A stretch of 62,976 bases of DNA from an uncultured Collinsella sp. (GCA_958348565.1 CATVZP010000001.1:1-62976), one strand, 5' to 3'. Shown: positions 10,174 to 20,838, numbered from the stretch's first letter. Translations and numbers: made by a program. The notes: generated by a model not told the origin, from the letters alone.

Positions 10174-11741
10174 CTAATCCCTGTAGTAGTCCGCGCCGCG
10201 CACGTGCCCCTTGGGCGCGTCGCCGCCTTCCGGCTTCCTCCCCTGGCCGGCGACGGGTTCCCGCCGGTCGAGGTTCGAGTCGAGTATCGCCTTGAGGTGC
10301 CTGTACCTGGGCGACGTCAGGCGGGGCAGCGCATGCGCGCATGCGGCCTCAAGCCGTTCCTCGCCGTACTTCTTGGAAAGGTTGAGCACGGAGAGCGCCG
10401 GGTTGTACGACTGCTCCTTGACCTTCACGCGGCCGAAGATGCGGTCGACGACGGCCGCGCTGTTCGGCCCGATCTTCTTGGCCCAGCCCTGATGCGCGCG
10501 TCGTCCCATTCGGGCTTCAGGAACGCCTCGGGCATGTGGGCGGGGTCGGTGGAGTACGCGTTCCCGACGTAGGCCGGGAACAGCCGGTGCGTGGCTATGC
10601 GCTCGCCGGCATGGTGGTAGATTGACAGCGTGGATTCGCCGACCCGGAGGTCCACTTTGCGCCCCGCGTAGCGGTGGGGCACCGAGTACCGGTTCCTGGC
10701 GTACACGACGTGGAAGTCGAGGCCCACCGAGCGGTTGTAGACCCATTCGGCGACGTCGTAGCGGACGTCGGGCAGCGGCCTGAGGCTGCCCGCCTCGGCC
10801 TCCGCGAACACGGAGTCGCGGCTGCCCTCCCGCTTCTGGAAGGGGTGGGCGTTGTACGCGGCGTTGCACTCCCGCACCGCGAGCACCGCCTCGTCGAGGC
10901 TGGTGAAGGTGCGGTTGCGCAGCTGGGCGATCACCCAGGTCGCGGCGTCCTTGACGGTCCCCTCGGCGGACGCCTTCTGCTTGGGCTTCCTGACCTGGGC
11001 CGGCATGATGGCGGTCATGTAGTGCTCGCCGAGCGCCTCGTAGGCGTCGTTGAGCACGACCTCGCCCTCGCGCGGGTGCCTGACCACGCCGGTCTTCAGG
11101 TTGTCGCACACGGTGCGCTGCGGCACGCCGCCGCAGAACTCGTACATGTGCACGTGGCAGCGCAGCCAGGTGCGCTCCCTCATGTCCAGCGTCGGCTCGA
11201 AGTAGGCCTTCTGGCTGAACGGGAGCACGCCGACGAACAGGTAGATCTTCGAGGCCTCCCCGGTGACCGGGTTAACCAGCCCCCTGCCGACCGTCGGGCC
11301 GGACCAGTCGACCTCGCACGACACGCCCGCCTTGTGCTCGATGCGCTTGGTCAGGCTGTTCGCCGCGGTGTAGTCCCCGTAGCGCTCGCAGAACCTGGTG
11401 TAGCCCATGGCGACCATGTGCTCGCGCGAGCACTTCGACTTGTACTCGTCGTGCAGCAGGCGCAGGTTGACGCAGACCTTCGCCATCTCGGCGTGCACGT
11501 AGGACCAGTCGGGCTCCTCGAAGGCGCTCTCGTGCACGTTGCGGTCGGGGTAGAACAGCTCGTAGACCAGCTCGTCCCCCATGCCCTTCACCTGGTCCCA
11601 GGTGATGCCGCGATCGTCTGCGATGTCGAACACCTCGCAGACGCTGCCCATGGACATGCGCCTGGTCCTGGCGATCGACCTCCTCGACACGCCTTGGTCG
11701 CGGAGCTCCATTATGAGCTTCGCCCTTATCTTCCTTGCCAT
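10174..11741 (-). pseudogene. istA: IS21 transposase IstA with -1 frameshift near 10487-10490
   Basis: Motifs EVDWSG, VCDNLKTGV, PKQKASAEG, NRYSVP. The C-terminus (GWAKKIGP...RGADYY) is in another frame, and the 1568-bp span is one base short of a multiple of 3. Confidence 0.88.
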
Positions 11742-12096
11742 GTGGTTTCTCCTTCCGTTAATCGGTTGCATGGCAAGCCGATTCTACGGGCGGAGGAGGG
11801 GCGATACGGAAATGGCAGAACGGGCGATACGGAAGGAGCGAAACGTCTGGATGGGAAGCGATACGGAAAGCGCGAAACAGATGCTACTCAGAGCGCGCAA
11901 TACTCAATAAGGGATAACGTCGCCCAGCCTTCGCCAAGACAGCAGGCACAAAGCGAGTTCAGAAGCCAATCCCCGTTATCTCCACTCGCATTGAACGTTC
12001 GATGATGTAATGAGCTGAAGCTACCGTAATGACCTCAGTTTTGCTTCACTTTACACAGTATGCGTCAAGCTGATGCTCATTTAATACCCATTGAAA

Positions 12097-13782
12097 TTAT
12101 AGCCCCCATTGTTCGGATGCTCTCTTCTGAATCTCGGATACGAACGACGCGCTTTTTGCAGTTTGGGCGTTTCCTCCAAAGTCGAGATATGCCGACCTTG
12201 CTAATTCGATGACAGGTCGGAGGTCTTCAGATGAAGGCGGTTCCAGTAATTCGAGCTCGGATTTGGTTAGGTCCAATGAGTCAGACTGTTTTGCACAATA
12301 AAGATAGATCACGTGGAAGAGGAGGTCATTCTGCTCTCCTCGTGTTAACTCAAACTTCTTTATGAGCTGTTTAATCTGATTGCCGGTTTTCGCTAATTGG
12401 TAATATGCCTTGAGGGAGATATTCTCATTAAAAATCTTACTGTATTTGTTCTCGTCTCCCAAGATTTTGGCGGGTCTAGCCCGAGCATAATCAGGCTGTT
12501 TAAGCAATGTTGCAATCAAACATTGTCCCAAAAATGAAATCGAGACAATGTCCTTTGACGAAATGCCGTTGTTCTTTCCCGAACTTTTTCTTCTGTCGTA
12601 GTGGAGACCGTGGTTTTTGAAATACCTCTCTATCTGAAGATGAGTGGTTTCGAGCGAATGGAGAAAAGCAGGAGGTATAGACGTCTGATAGTTTGTTGCC
12701 TGAATAATTTTCGCTTTAGCTTCGTAATTGCTAGTAGCGATGCACTTTATTAGCACTTTCCTATCGTCGTCATTTTCCCCCAATGATTGGCAATGCCGAG
12801 CAATTTCGTTTGAGGTTTGGAGCCCGTTAACGATTCTTGGGTTAGTTAATGAGACGGAATGATCCATATCTCGAGCCATCGAGTCGGCTATGATAGTGAT
12901 TCCGTTATTGAGCCACCAAAAATCAATAGCTGATTTATTGTCGAGCGTCTCTCGAATCGCTTGATTCACATGTACGTTGCCTTGGTAATCACGTATGTTC
13001 GCCTCAAACAATATCTTTTTCAGGTGACCGCTATCATCGGTAATGAAATCACAGTACTCCTTAAGCGATACCGTGAGGATTGCGCTTGAGCTATCGGGGC
13101 AAAGCGGCTCTTTTGTCCCTTTCAGGGTCATGGTCTCATCGGGCACTTCCTCAATGAGTTCGAAAAATTCAGGAGCAGTAATAAAATCAACGTCTACCAC
13201 TGTGTTTTTAGATGGAATTATGCGTTCGACAAGTTCCTTAAGTTCTCTAGCTTGTTTTTCTAGGTTGTTGTGAATTTGAGTGGCCAATGAAACTGCCCAA
13301 AAATGAATATAGACCTGCAGGCGTTTTTTTATCGTTTGTTTAAGGATTGCTCGAATTAAAATAAAGAGATCGATAACGTCTTCGCGATATCTTTCCCGAT
13401 CAGGGTCTTCTGATTCTGTCAGGTTTGCAAACGAATCTTTCCAGTTTTGGATAATCACTTCTGAAAAGCTGGTTTGATTTTTCGCCTGAATAAAATGAAT
13501 GTCCACCCTGCTTTTATTGTCCAACTCGAGCGAATCGGAATCCTCTCCATTGACCAGGATATCATTTACGAATACAAAGATGCCGTCATAGCCGCCATCG
13601 CCTCCGCCGTCAGTCAACCCTCTGGCGATATCGTCATCATCAAGCAGGTACTGGGTCAAAATTTGTTGAGCAGCGACGTGTTCGAAAGCTTCACTGGGAC
13701 TCATTCCATCGTCTATGCGATGCCGCTCACTTTCGATGAAATCTATAATAGAAGATTGCGTGATGTTGAGGCTTTTGCTCAT
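12097..13782 (-). CDS. AIPR (abortive infection phage resistance) family protein
   Basis: DGGGDGGYDG..IQAK N-terminal part; LFEANIRDYQG, FWWLNNGITII, IVNGLQT and ATNYQT are AIPR motifs. Low GC. Confidence 0.85.
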   Translation of the reverse strand: MSKSLNITQSSIIDFIESERHRIDDGMSPSEAFEHVAAQQILTQYLLDDDDIARGLTDGGGDGGYDGIFVFVNDILVNGEDSDSLELDNKSRVDIHFIQAKNQTSFSEVIIQNWKDSFANLTESEDPDRERYREDVIDLFILIRAILKQTIKKRLQVYIHFWAVSLATQIHNNLEKQARELKELVERIIPSKNTVVDVDFITAPEFFELIEEVPDETMTLKGTKEPLCPDSSSAILTVSLKEYCDFITDDSGHLKKILFEANIRDYQGNVHVNQAIRETLDNKSAIDFWWLNNGITIIADSMARDMDHSVSLTNPRIVNGLQTSNEIARHCQSLGENDDDRKVLIKCIATSNYEAKAKIIQATNYQTSIPPAFLHSLETTHLQIERYFKNHGLHYDRRKSSGKNNGISSKDIVSISFLGQCLIATLLKQPDYARARPAKILGDENKYSKIFNENISLKAYYQLAKTGNQIKQLIKKFELTRGEQNDLLFHVIYLYCAKQSDSLDLTKSELELLEPPSSEDLRPVIELARSAYLDFGGNAQTAKSASFVSEIQKRASEQWGL

Positions 13783-13815
13783 TTTTGCTCCTCCATCATT
13801 TGCAGAAACTTGCTC

Positions 13816-14850
13816 TTACGCTTTTGGAATAAGTTTTTCATTGTTGCTTTCGAGACGGCCTGCTGATCGTGCATCGCTCATGGTGTCATCATCGGTGCAG
13901 TCGAACGTCGCAAGCCAATGGGTCAGCTCATCGCGCCTTTCCGTCGTCGGCTTGTCCTTCAGCTCCTCCAGCTTGTCAGTCAGGCGGACGAAAGCCCACT
14001 CCACCATGTTTCCCTGGGTGCGCAGCCTGGGACCTGTTTCTTCATCCTTCTCGGGCGTCAGGTTGGCCGCTCCCGCTATGGCGAACAGGCAGTGCATCGC
14101 CTGGTTGGGGCTTCCGAAATAATGCCGCGTCAAGGCTGTTAGGGTGACGCCCAGCGCCTCGCAGAGGGCTTCCATCTGCTTTGCGCGTGGTATGCGCTTT
14201 CCTTGCTCGTAGCTTCGCAGGGTGAACAGGCTCAGCCCCGCCTTCTCGGCGATCTCCTCCTGGTTGAGGCCGCGGATACGGCGCATGTCCTTGAGGGCGG
14301 CGGCGAAGCTTTCGCTCATCCAACGCTGCCCCGATTCGGGCTTATTAGAATCGTAGTCGGGGTAGGCGGCGGGGTAGTCCCGCTTGCTGAAATGGTCGTG
14401 GAACTCGTCCTTCCACAGCTCGTAGTCGCCCCGGAACGCCCCCTCGTTTTTACACATCGCCTCGTTCGCCTTCGCCCATCTTCCTATGCCTTGGATGAAG
14501 AAGTCCCTCGTAGGGGCGATATAGGCGAAATCGTCGTTGTAGCCGAACTCGAAGCCGTAGATGTCGGCCAGCTCCACGGTCATGAGGAAGAGTTCGTTGT
14601 GGTCGGCAGCGGGGTCGAACGGGATCAGGGCCTCCGGCATGACCTCCAGCGCCGCCGCCAGGCTCCGGACGTGCTCGGGCTTCGGCATGCGCCTTGCGAG
14701 CTCGTAGCTGCGTACGGTGGACTTGTCGATGCCCGCTACCTGCGCGACCTCTCTTTGGGTGAGTCCCCGCAGCGACCTCAGCTGCCTCAGCTTCTCGGCG
14801 AGGCGATATCCCTCGCGCCCCCTCGGGAGGAGCGGGTTTCTCATCTCCAT
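13816..14850 (-). CDS. Transcriptional regulator with two XRE-family HTH domains
   Basis: LRQLRSLRGLTQREVAQVAGIDKSTVRSYE and LKDMRRIRGLNQEEIAEKAGLSLFTLRSYEQG. Start is ATG 14850 or TTG 14877. Confidence 0.85.
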   Translation of the reverse strand: MEMRNPLLPRGREGYRLAEKLRQLRSLRGLTQREVAQVAGIDKSTVRSYELARRMPKPEHVRSLAAALEVMPEALIPFDPAADHNELFLMTVELADIYGFEFGYNDDFAYIAPTRDFFIQGIGRWAKANEAMCKNEGAFRGDYELWKDEFHDHFSKRDYPAAYPDYDSNKPESGQRWMSESFAAALKDMRRIRGLNQEEIAEKAGLSLFTLRSYEQGKRIPRAKQMEALCEALGVTLTALTRHYFGSPNQAMHCLFAIAGAANLTPEKDEETGPRLRTQGNMVEWAFVRLTDKLEELKDKPTTERRDELTHWLATFDCTDDDTMSDARSAGRLESNNEKLIPKA

Positions 14851-14901
14851 CGAATCCCCGCTTCGGATGTCCGACAAAACGCCGGAATGGCGCGAACCTG
14901 C

Positions 14902-14943
14902 TAGTACATTTTTAGTTTATATCAACAGTGCGTAAATGTGCTA
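14902..14943. promoter_or_regulatory. Inverted repeat upstream of the double-XRE gene, candidate operator
   Basis: TAGTACATTT-N22-AAATGTGCTA, 9/10 complementary. Confidence 0.4.
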
Positions 14944-15239
14944 CTAAAGGATGGGAGGTTAACGGCGGTGGAGATGATAAACGCGAACGAGATCACCGAC
15001 CTGATGGGGGGATCGTGTTATTGAGGCGTATTTCCCGCGTGTGGGTGTTCGAGTTGAAAGCGTATAGACGTCGAGGCCCATCTTGGTGGTTGTGATGCCG
15101 TTCCAGTAGGTTGGACCGACGTGCGGAAATGAAGGATATCGATGCGGTGTTCTATTGGATGACTTAGAACGGCGGCCCAGCTTCTGTATATTTATAGGGT
15201 CCATATGACGTTGTTCAGGCATTTTGAATTGGAGATGGC

Positions 15240-16169
15240 GTGACCACTCAAAAGACGCACCGTGTATCCGTCGCGATGTCGGTATATAACCCGAGAGCTG
15301 AGTATTTTCGTGAGCAAGTAGACAGTATTCTTGAGCAGACGAGCGAGCCCGTTCTCGTCATGAGGAATGATGGATCTCCGAACCTTGAAACGGTGGCGCT
15401 TTGCGCCGAATATGCAGACCGCGACAATGTCGTTGTGATCGATGGCGTGAATCTTGGTTTTGCAGCTGGTTTTCTCGCTGCACTTCGAGCATGTCCAGAT
15501 ACCGATTATTATGCGTTTAGCGACCAGGACGACTTCTGGCTCCCTGAAAAGCTTTCGCGTGCGGTTGAAGAGCTCGACGAGGTAGGGGCTTTCATAGATT
15601 CCGTGCCTGTGATGTATCACAGTGACTTCGTGTTCTGCGATCAGAATCTAAATGAGGTCGAAGACACTCCAAATCGCAGGCTGTCCTCCAGCTTGGAAAA
15701 TGCTGTTGCTGAAGCCGCTATACCCGGGATGGTAATGGTTTTCAATCGCGCCATGAGGGAGCGATTGCTGTCTGTCGACCCCGATGGTATTGCGGGACAT
15801 GATTGGTTATGTGCTCTCATCTCAAATGGGTATGGGAAGACTATTTCGGATCCGAGGGTGTCCCTTAAATATCGGAGACACTCAGAGAATGTATCGGCTG
15901 GGAATATGGGAGCATTTCAGAGGCTCAGTTTCAGGATTAGGACGTTCTTGTTTGGGGAAACGCTCGGAAAAGTGCGTGTGATGATCAAGAGGGTTGCCAC
16001 CGCGTGTTCTGGGGAATTCAGTGCTCACAACCGTGAGTTAATTGACCTCTACAGTCGGCCCATTACCGTTCTCACTCAGTTGAGGAAGGCTTTCTGGCCT
16101 GTTCGTTATCGTGAAACCGTTGGTGATGAGCTGGCTTTTAGGTTACTGGTTCTTTTGGGTAGGATGTAG
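15240..16169 (+). CDS. GT2 glycosyltransferase (RgpB-like, possible rhamnosyltransferase)
   Basis: VAMSVYN..EQVDSILEQ..NDGS, AFSDQDDFWLPEKL, HDW, YRRHSENV. Confidence 0.85.
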   Translation: MTTQKTHRVSVAMSVYNPRAEYFREQVDSILEQTSEPVLVMRNDGSPNLETVALCAEYADRDNVVVIDGVNLGFAAGFLAALRACPDTDYYAFSDQDDFWLPEKLSRAVEELDEVGAFIDSVPVMYHSDFVFCDQNLNEVEDTPNRRLSSSLENAVAEAAIPGMVMVFNRAMRERLLSVDPDGIAGHDWLCALISNGYGKTISDPRVSLKYRRHSENVSAGNMGAFQRLSFRIRTFLFGETLGKVRVMIKRVATACSGEFSAHNRELIDLYSRPITVLTQLRKAFWPVRYRETVGDELAFRLLVLLGRM

Positions 16170-16173
16170 GAAT

Positions 16174-16201
16174 GCCCCGGGATCGCAATCGATCCCGGGG
16201 C
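16174..16201. terminator. Hairpin between convergent genes
   Basis: GCCCCGGGATCG-CAAT-CGATCCCGGGGC, perfect 12-bp stem. Confidence 0.7.
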
Positions 16202-16207
16202 GCTATA

Positions 16208-17458
16208 TTAAGCAGTGCTGGGTTTGAAGCTTTTGAAAAGCAGCGCTAAGCTGCCGGTCGAAAAGGCAAGAAGAGCGGCGATATAGGAGAACGTCGCTCC
16301 GTTCATGTCGAATATCGAGATGAATAGGGGGCTTAGTATGCAGGATATGGCGAAGCTGCCAAGGCTGATTAATAGCTGGCCCTTGAGTTGCCTTACAACG
16401 GTGAGCGCAGCCGAGAGAAACCATGAAAGCGCAACGAGGATGCTGCATACGATGAGTGGGTTGAGCAAATAGAGATGCGGGAGGATTGAGTCTCCAAATA
16501 GCAGGCGCATAACCGGTTTTCCAAGAAGACCAAATCCGGCAAACGCACAGATGGCGATTACGGCAATCGCTATGCTTACCTTCTTGATAATGTCGTAGAA
16601 GCGTTTGGAGTTCTTATCAAGATAGCATTGGGCGAGTGGGGCAGTAAGGGGAACAAATAGATAGTTTGCAGATACCTGCACAAGAGTTACGGGCATAGCT
16701 ACGGACGTGTATATGCCGAGCTTCTCGCTTCCAAGCATGGATTCAAGTGCGTATCTGGGTACTTGCCCCATGGTGTTAAAGAAGAGGCCATAGGCCGCGA
16801 TGGGAAGACAGACAATAAGCAGGCCTAGGACCCTTCCCAGATCCTCTTTTACATTACTGGTCGTTTTCTTCTGGTTTGAGAACGGTTGTGCGGTGGCTCG
16901 CTCGTAGATGCAGACAATAGCGGTAGAGCCAATGCTGAGTCCGCAAATTGCAAGCAGGAGGTCATTGGTTGCCAAGAGGATTCCGCAGTATAGCGCGAGG
17001 TCCACAAGGGATTTAAGGATGTAGGCTTTCCCGATGTAGTCCATTCTGTTCGCACGTTGAAGTATCCCCTGATAAACGTCAGAGACGGCCTCGGAAATCT
17101 TGAACACCATGTAGACAATGATGCACAGGGATGTGTAACCGTCATAAGGGTTAACCCCGGTAAACACAATGCATGCTAAAAGTGAGATTCCCGACGTGAT
17201 GGCTCTCGAAAGAATGTACTGGTTATCCGAGTAGTCTCCCTTCAGGTCGGAGACCTGATAATTGCGCATCGTATAGGTGGCAATCGCGTTTAGGGAGTTG
17301 CCAATAGACATTGCAAGTGAAAAGGTTCCTGCCGGTCCATAGCCAAGGATTCGAACAACGATGTAGCTAAGGGCCCATTGTGCGATGAGGTAGACAAGGT
17401 TGCCGATTGAGTTCCATGCAATGTTTTCGCCGATGCTAAGTTCTTTGGCTTTACTCAC
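16208..17458 (-). CDS. wzx: Wzx-type oligosaccharide flippase (MOP superfamily)
   Basis: About 12 hydrophobic segments; N-terminal NIAWNSIGNLVY...VRILG..AGTFSLA; LGIYTSVA. Confidence 0.8.
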   Translation of the reverse strand: MSKAKELSIGENIAWNSIGNLVYLIAQWALSYIVVRILGYGPAGTFSLAMSIGNSLNAIATYTMRNYQVSDLKGDYSDNQYILSRAITSGISLLACIVFTGVNPYDGYTSLCIIVYMVFKISEAVSDVYQGILQRANRMDYIGKAYILKSLVDLALYCGILLATNDLLLAICGLSIGSTAIVCIYERATAQPFSNQKKTTSNVKEDLGRVLGLLIVCLPIAAYGLFFNTMGQVPRYALESMLGSEKLGIYTSVAMPVTLVQVSANYLFVPLTAPLAQCYLDKNSKRFYDIIKKVSIAIAVIAICAFAGFGLLGKPVMRLLFGDSILPHLYLLNPLIVCSILVALSWFLSAALTVVRQLKGQLLISLGSFAISCILSPLFISIFDMNGATFSYIAALLAFSTGSLALLFKSFKPSTA

Positions 17459-18476
17459 CCTTTTTGCACTTCCTGTCCTGTTCGTTCATCCACATCGTGA
17501 GGACGACGCGATGGATAACCCAGTAGATGGACATGGGAAGGTGCTCGTAGGCAAAGCGCTGGGCCCGGAAAACGAAGGTTCGGCGGACGGTCAGCTTGTC
17601 GGCATCTGTCCAAGGGGTGAGGGCCAGATACTTATCAAAAAGCGCGTTTTGGGGATGGATGCTGTTGTGTTCCCACGGGCGACCGGTCTGAGCGCTCATG
17701 CAGTGATTGATTAGCGGACCCCCATTATCAAGAATGGAGGTGACGGTTTCTTTAGGAAAATATAGCTTGTCGTCCAGATGATAGATCTTGTAAACGTAGT
17801 CGACTCCGTAGATATAGAAGCAGCTATTGAAGTTGTACGTTGGGCTGATGTACTTTATCTTGTCTCGGAAGAGGACGTTTACGATATCCTGGTCTACAAC
17901 AAAGTACTTATTCCTCACATGGGTCAGGTGGTCGATAATCTGTTCAGTGCAGCCATAGGCGTTCCAGTTTGGTTGGCTGATGAGCATGACTCCGCAATTG
18001 AAGTAGTAATCCTCTCGGGGGATGTCGATGCAGCGCTTGTATTCGGTGAGAACGCAGTCCCATGTGGCGGCGCAGATAGAATCGCCAAGGTCCATCTCGA
18101 TTAGTTCGTCAAGAGGGCCGTTGATGATGGTGTCGCCATCAATTTGGAGGACTCGGTCGGTGGGAAGATCGAGCGTGGAGGCTGCGAATAGCTTGTAGTA
18201 CGTGGTGTAGGTCCCACGCCAAGGTTCGACTTTCAGTTGGATGAGCATATTCCTAATGCTCGTAGGGTCAACGGGAATAAGATTGCGTCCATACTTCTCC
18301 GCGATGCCCTTAATTCTTGCAAGGTTATCTTTAGAGATGCCGTCATCAAGGAGGTAGACGTTTATCTGATCAAGGTGAGCGTTATTCATGCAGAGTGATT
18401 CGATTGAGACGCCCGTAACCATCGCGTAGTTGTTGTCGGATTGATACAAGACGTTTAGAATCTTGGGCTGCGCCAT
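17451..18476 (-). CDS. GT8 glycosyltransferase
   Basis: SDNNYA..SIESL, RVLQIDGDTII, YFNCGVMLI, DQDIVN, RPW. Confidence 0.88.
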   Translation of the reverse strand: MAQPKILNVLYQSDNNYAMVTGVSIESLCMNNAHLDQINVYLLDDGISKDNLARIKGIAEKYGRNLIPVDPTSIRNMLIQLKVEPWRGTYTTYYKLFAASTLDLPTDRVLQIDGDTIINGPLDELIEMDLGDSICAATWDCVLTEYKRCIDIPREDYYFNCGVMLISQPNWNAYGCTEQIIDHLTHVRNKYFVVDQDIVNVLFRDKIKYISPTYNFNSCFYIYGVDYVYKIYHLDDKLYFPKETVTSILDNGGPLINHCMSAQTGRPWEHNSIHPQNALFDKYLALTPWTDADKLTVRRTFVFRAQRFAYEHLPMSIYWVIHRVVLTMWMNEQDRKCKKGE

Positions 18477-18695
18477 GAGACCTCCATTGCACCTTACGTT
18501 TGGACGAACTGCTTTTTAACTCGATAATGATACCGTTTGTCTTGCCAAGGAGGGCTTTGTTCATGTTAAGCGCATGATGTCCTGCTCGGTCTGAGGTGCT
18601 CTTGTGGTTGATGTTTAATGGGGATGGCCACCCTGCGGTAAACTAGGCTAGTTGAACCTGAGACCCTTTGAAGATGCGATTAGAAGGATGTTGCT

Positions 18696-19751
18696 TTGAT
18701 AACAGCCGATTCGTCAATTAAGCTGAGTGTGATTGTTCCTTGCTACAAGGTGGAGAAGTACCTCCCGGCATGTCTCGACTCCCTTATTAACCAAACGCTA
18801 GATGATATTGAAATCATCTGCATCAACGACGGTTCGCCGGACGGTTGCATCGATATCCTTCGTTCCTATGAGGCTGCAAATCCTGGAAAAGTCGTCGTTA
18901 TTGATAAGAAGAACGAGGGCGTGTGGCGCGGTCGTTTTGATGGTATTCGAATTGCCAGGGGTGAGTACATCGGATTCGTAGACAGTGACGACACGGTTGC
19001 TCCTAATTTCGCTGAGATTCTTTATCGTTCAGCGAAGGAGAACGATGCCGATATTTCAGTGTGTGGCTTTAAGCGGATTGATCTCGACACCAATAAGGTT
19101 CTGTCGGTTGAGATGTGCAGTCCCCGCGAGGACTTCGTTATTAGCGAGGAACCGGGTCGACTCATTGAGCTTAACGGAGCTCCTTGGAATAAGGCGTTCC
19201 GGTCAAGCATTCTCAAGTCCATGAACGACCTTGAGGAGCCGCCGACTGTATTAGATGACTTGGCTTTCCACTTGCTCGTATATCTCGAGGCTCGCGGCAA
19301 GGTCGTTTTCTCCGATGTGCCGCTGATCAACTATATGGTGCGCGCAGATTCGATTATTAACACTGTTCGCAAAGAACAGGTAGATTCGATTTATCGCACT
19401 TTCGACTTCATACGTTCCTTGTACCTTGAACGCGGCGTTTCAGAGGACATGCTTAAGGCCTTAGACGGTATGGCGTTCCTTCATCTGGGTGTCTCTCTGT
19501 TGTTTAGGTTGTTCAACGATCCGACCTGCGATGTTTCTGCCTACATTTCGAGGTGCACTTCATTCTTGGATGACAAGTTCTCGACGTGGCGCAATTCGAA
19601 CTGCATGTCTCTTTCGTATGCCCTTAAGCAAAAAGGCCCGTTCATCAAGCTTTGGATTGCACGCCTGTTCTATAAAGCGCACCTCATGAGGCCGTTTTTG
19701 TCTGCCTATCGCTTTGCGATTACCAAACTGAGGATCGACATCAAGTGGTAG
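18696..19751 (+). CDS. GT2 glycosyltransferase
   Basis: SVIVPCYKVEKYL..CLDSL..NDGSPD, GEYIGFVDSDD. Confidence 0.9.
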   Translation: MITADSSIKLSVIVPCYKVEKYLPACLDSLINQTLDDIEIICINDGSPDGCIDILRSYEAANPGKVVVIDKKNEGVWRGRFDGIRIARGEYIGFVDSDDTVAPNFAEILYRSAKENDADISVCGFKRIDLDTNKVLSVEMCSPREDFVISEEPGRLIELNGAPWNKAFRSSILKSMNDLEEPPTVLDDLAFHLLVYLEARGKVVFSDVPLINYMVRADSIINTVRKEQVDSIYRTFDFIRSLYLERGVSEDMLKALDGMAFLHLGVSLLFRLFNDPTCDVSAYISRCTSFLDDKFSTWRNSNCMSLSYALKQKGPFIKLWIARLFYKAHLMRPFLSAYRFAITKLRIDIKW

Positions 19752-19790
19752 TACGCAATTTCTCGCCACTGTCTGAAAGGCATTTGTCTC

Positions 19791-20480
19791 ATGTCCAATA
19801 AGCGCCTTTTGGTGATTATTCCAGCCTACAATGAGGAAGAATCCATTTCTTCAACCGTTGACGAACTGACTTCGACGCTGCCTGGTGTCGATTACGTTGT
19901 AGTAAACGATGGTTCAAAGGACGGTACAGAGCGTATCTGCCTCGAGCATGGTTATAACTACGTGTCGTTGCCGGTTAATTCCGGCCTCACAGTCGGTTTC
20001 CAAACTGGCATGAAGTACGCACTTCGTAACGGCTATGATTACGCCCTTCAGTTTGATGCGGACGGCCAGCACAGGCCTGAGTATATTTCCAAGATGCTTG
20101 ATCTCGCGGTTGCTGAAGACGTCGACATCGTTATTGGCTCACGCTTTGTAAACAAGTGCAAAGAGGTTTCTGCACGCATGCTCGGCTCGCGCATCATTAC
20201 GGTTGCGATTAAGCTCACTACCGGCAAGCGAGTCGCAGATCCGACTTCTGGCATGCGCATGTTTAATAGGAAGATGATTGAGCGTTTTGCAAACGATGAC
20301 TCCTTGAATCCGGAACCTGAGTCTATTTCTTACCTTATGAAGAAGGGCGCGAAGGTTCGTGAGGTCCAGGTTGAAATGCGCGAGAGGCAGGCGGGGGAGA
20401 GCTACTTGAATATTCCCAAATCGATTGCCTATATGGCGCGTGCTTGCATTTCCATACTCTTCGTTCAGTGGTTTAGGTGA
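19791..20480 (+). CDS. GT2 polyprenol-phosphate glycosyltransferase (GacI/RgpI-like)
   Basis: IIPAYNEE, VVNDGSKD, FDADGQH, IGSRF, DPTSGMR; followed directly by a DUF2304 gene. Confidence 0.82.
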   Translation: MSNKRLLVIIPAYNEEESISSTVDELTSTLPGVDYVVVNDGSKDGTERICLEHGYNYVSLPVNSGLTVGFQTGMKYALRNGYDYALQFDADGQHRPEYISKMLDLAVAEDVDIVIGSRFVNKCKEVSARMLGSRIITVAIKLTTGKRVADPTSGMRMFNRKMIERFANDDSLNPEPESISYLMKKGAKVREVQVEMRERQAGESYLNIPKSIAYMARACISILFVQWFR

Positions 20481-20487
20481 TTGAACA

Positions 20488-20811
20488 ATGTCTATTGTGC
20501 TTAGGGCCGTCCTCCTGCTCGGGGCGCTTTTGGTTTTGTATTTTGTCATCAAGAAACTGAGGAAGGCGCAGATCGAGGTACTGGACTCCGTGTTCTGGCT
20601 TTTCTTTGTCTTTAGCTTTGTTGTGCTGGCCGCTTTTCCCCAGGTAGCCTTTTGGCTATCTTCTCTTCTGGGATTTGAGAGTCCGGCGAACTTCGTGTTC
20701 CTCTACGTGATCGTTTTGCTCCTGTATCGTGAGTTCAGCAATACGGTGAGCATCTCGAAGCTGCGTCGGAGGATTAATCAGCTTGTTGAGGAACAGGCGC
20801 TTCGAGGTTGA
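20488..20811 (+). CDS. DUF2304 small membrane protein (GacJ-like)
   Basis: 107 aa, three TM segments, FW...LGFESPANFVF, C-terminal coiled segment. Confidence 0.8.
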   Translation: MSIVLRAVLLLGALLVLYFVIKKLRKAQIEVLDSVFWLFFVFSFVVLAAFPQVAFWLSSLLGFESPANFVFLYVIVLLLYREFSNTVSISKLRRRINQLVEEQALRG

Positions 20812-20838
20812 TGTGATGGTCTGTTCCGTAGGAAGTAA

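Larger units (their letters stand above)
9313..11906 (-). mobile_element. IS21-family insertion sequence (2594 bp) with 5-bp target duplication ATAAG
   Basis: Imperfect terminal IRs: TGATTATTACGCG.. at 9313 and revcomp TGAGTATTGCGCG.. at 11906. ATAAG occurs at 9308-9312 and 11907-11911. Subterminal repeats TTGCGTATCG (9351, 9374) and GCGATACGGAA (11801, 11824, 11858). Contains istA and istB. Confidence 0.93.
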
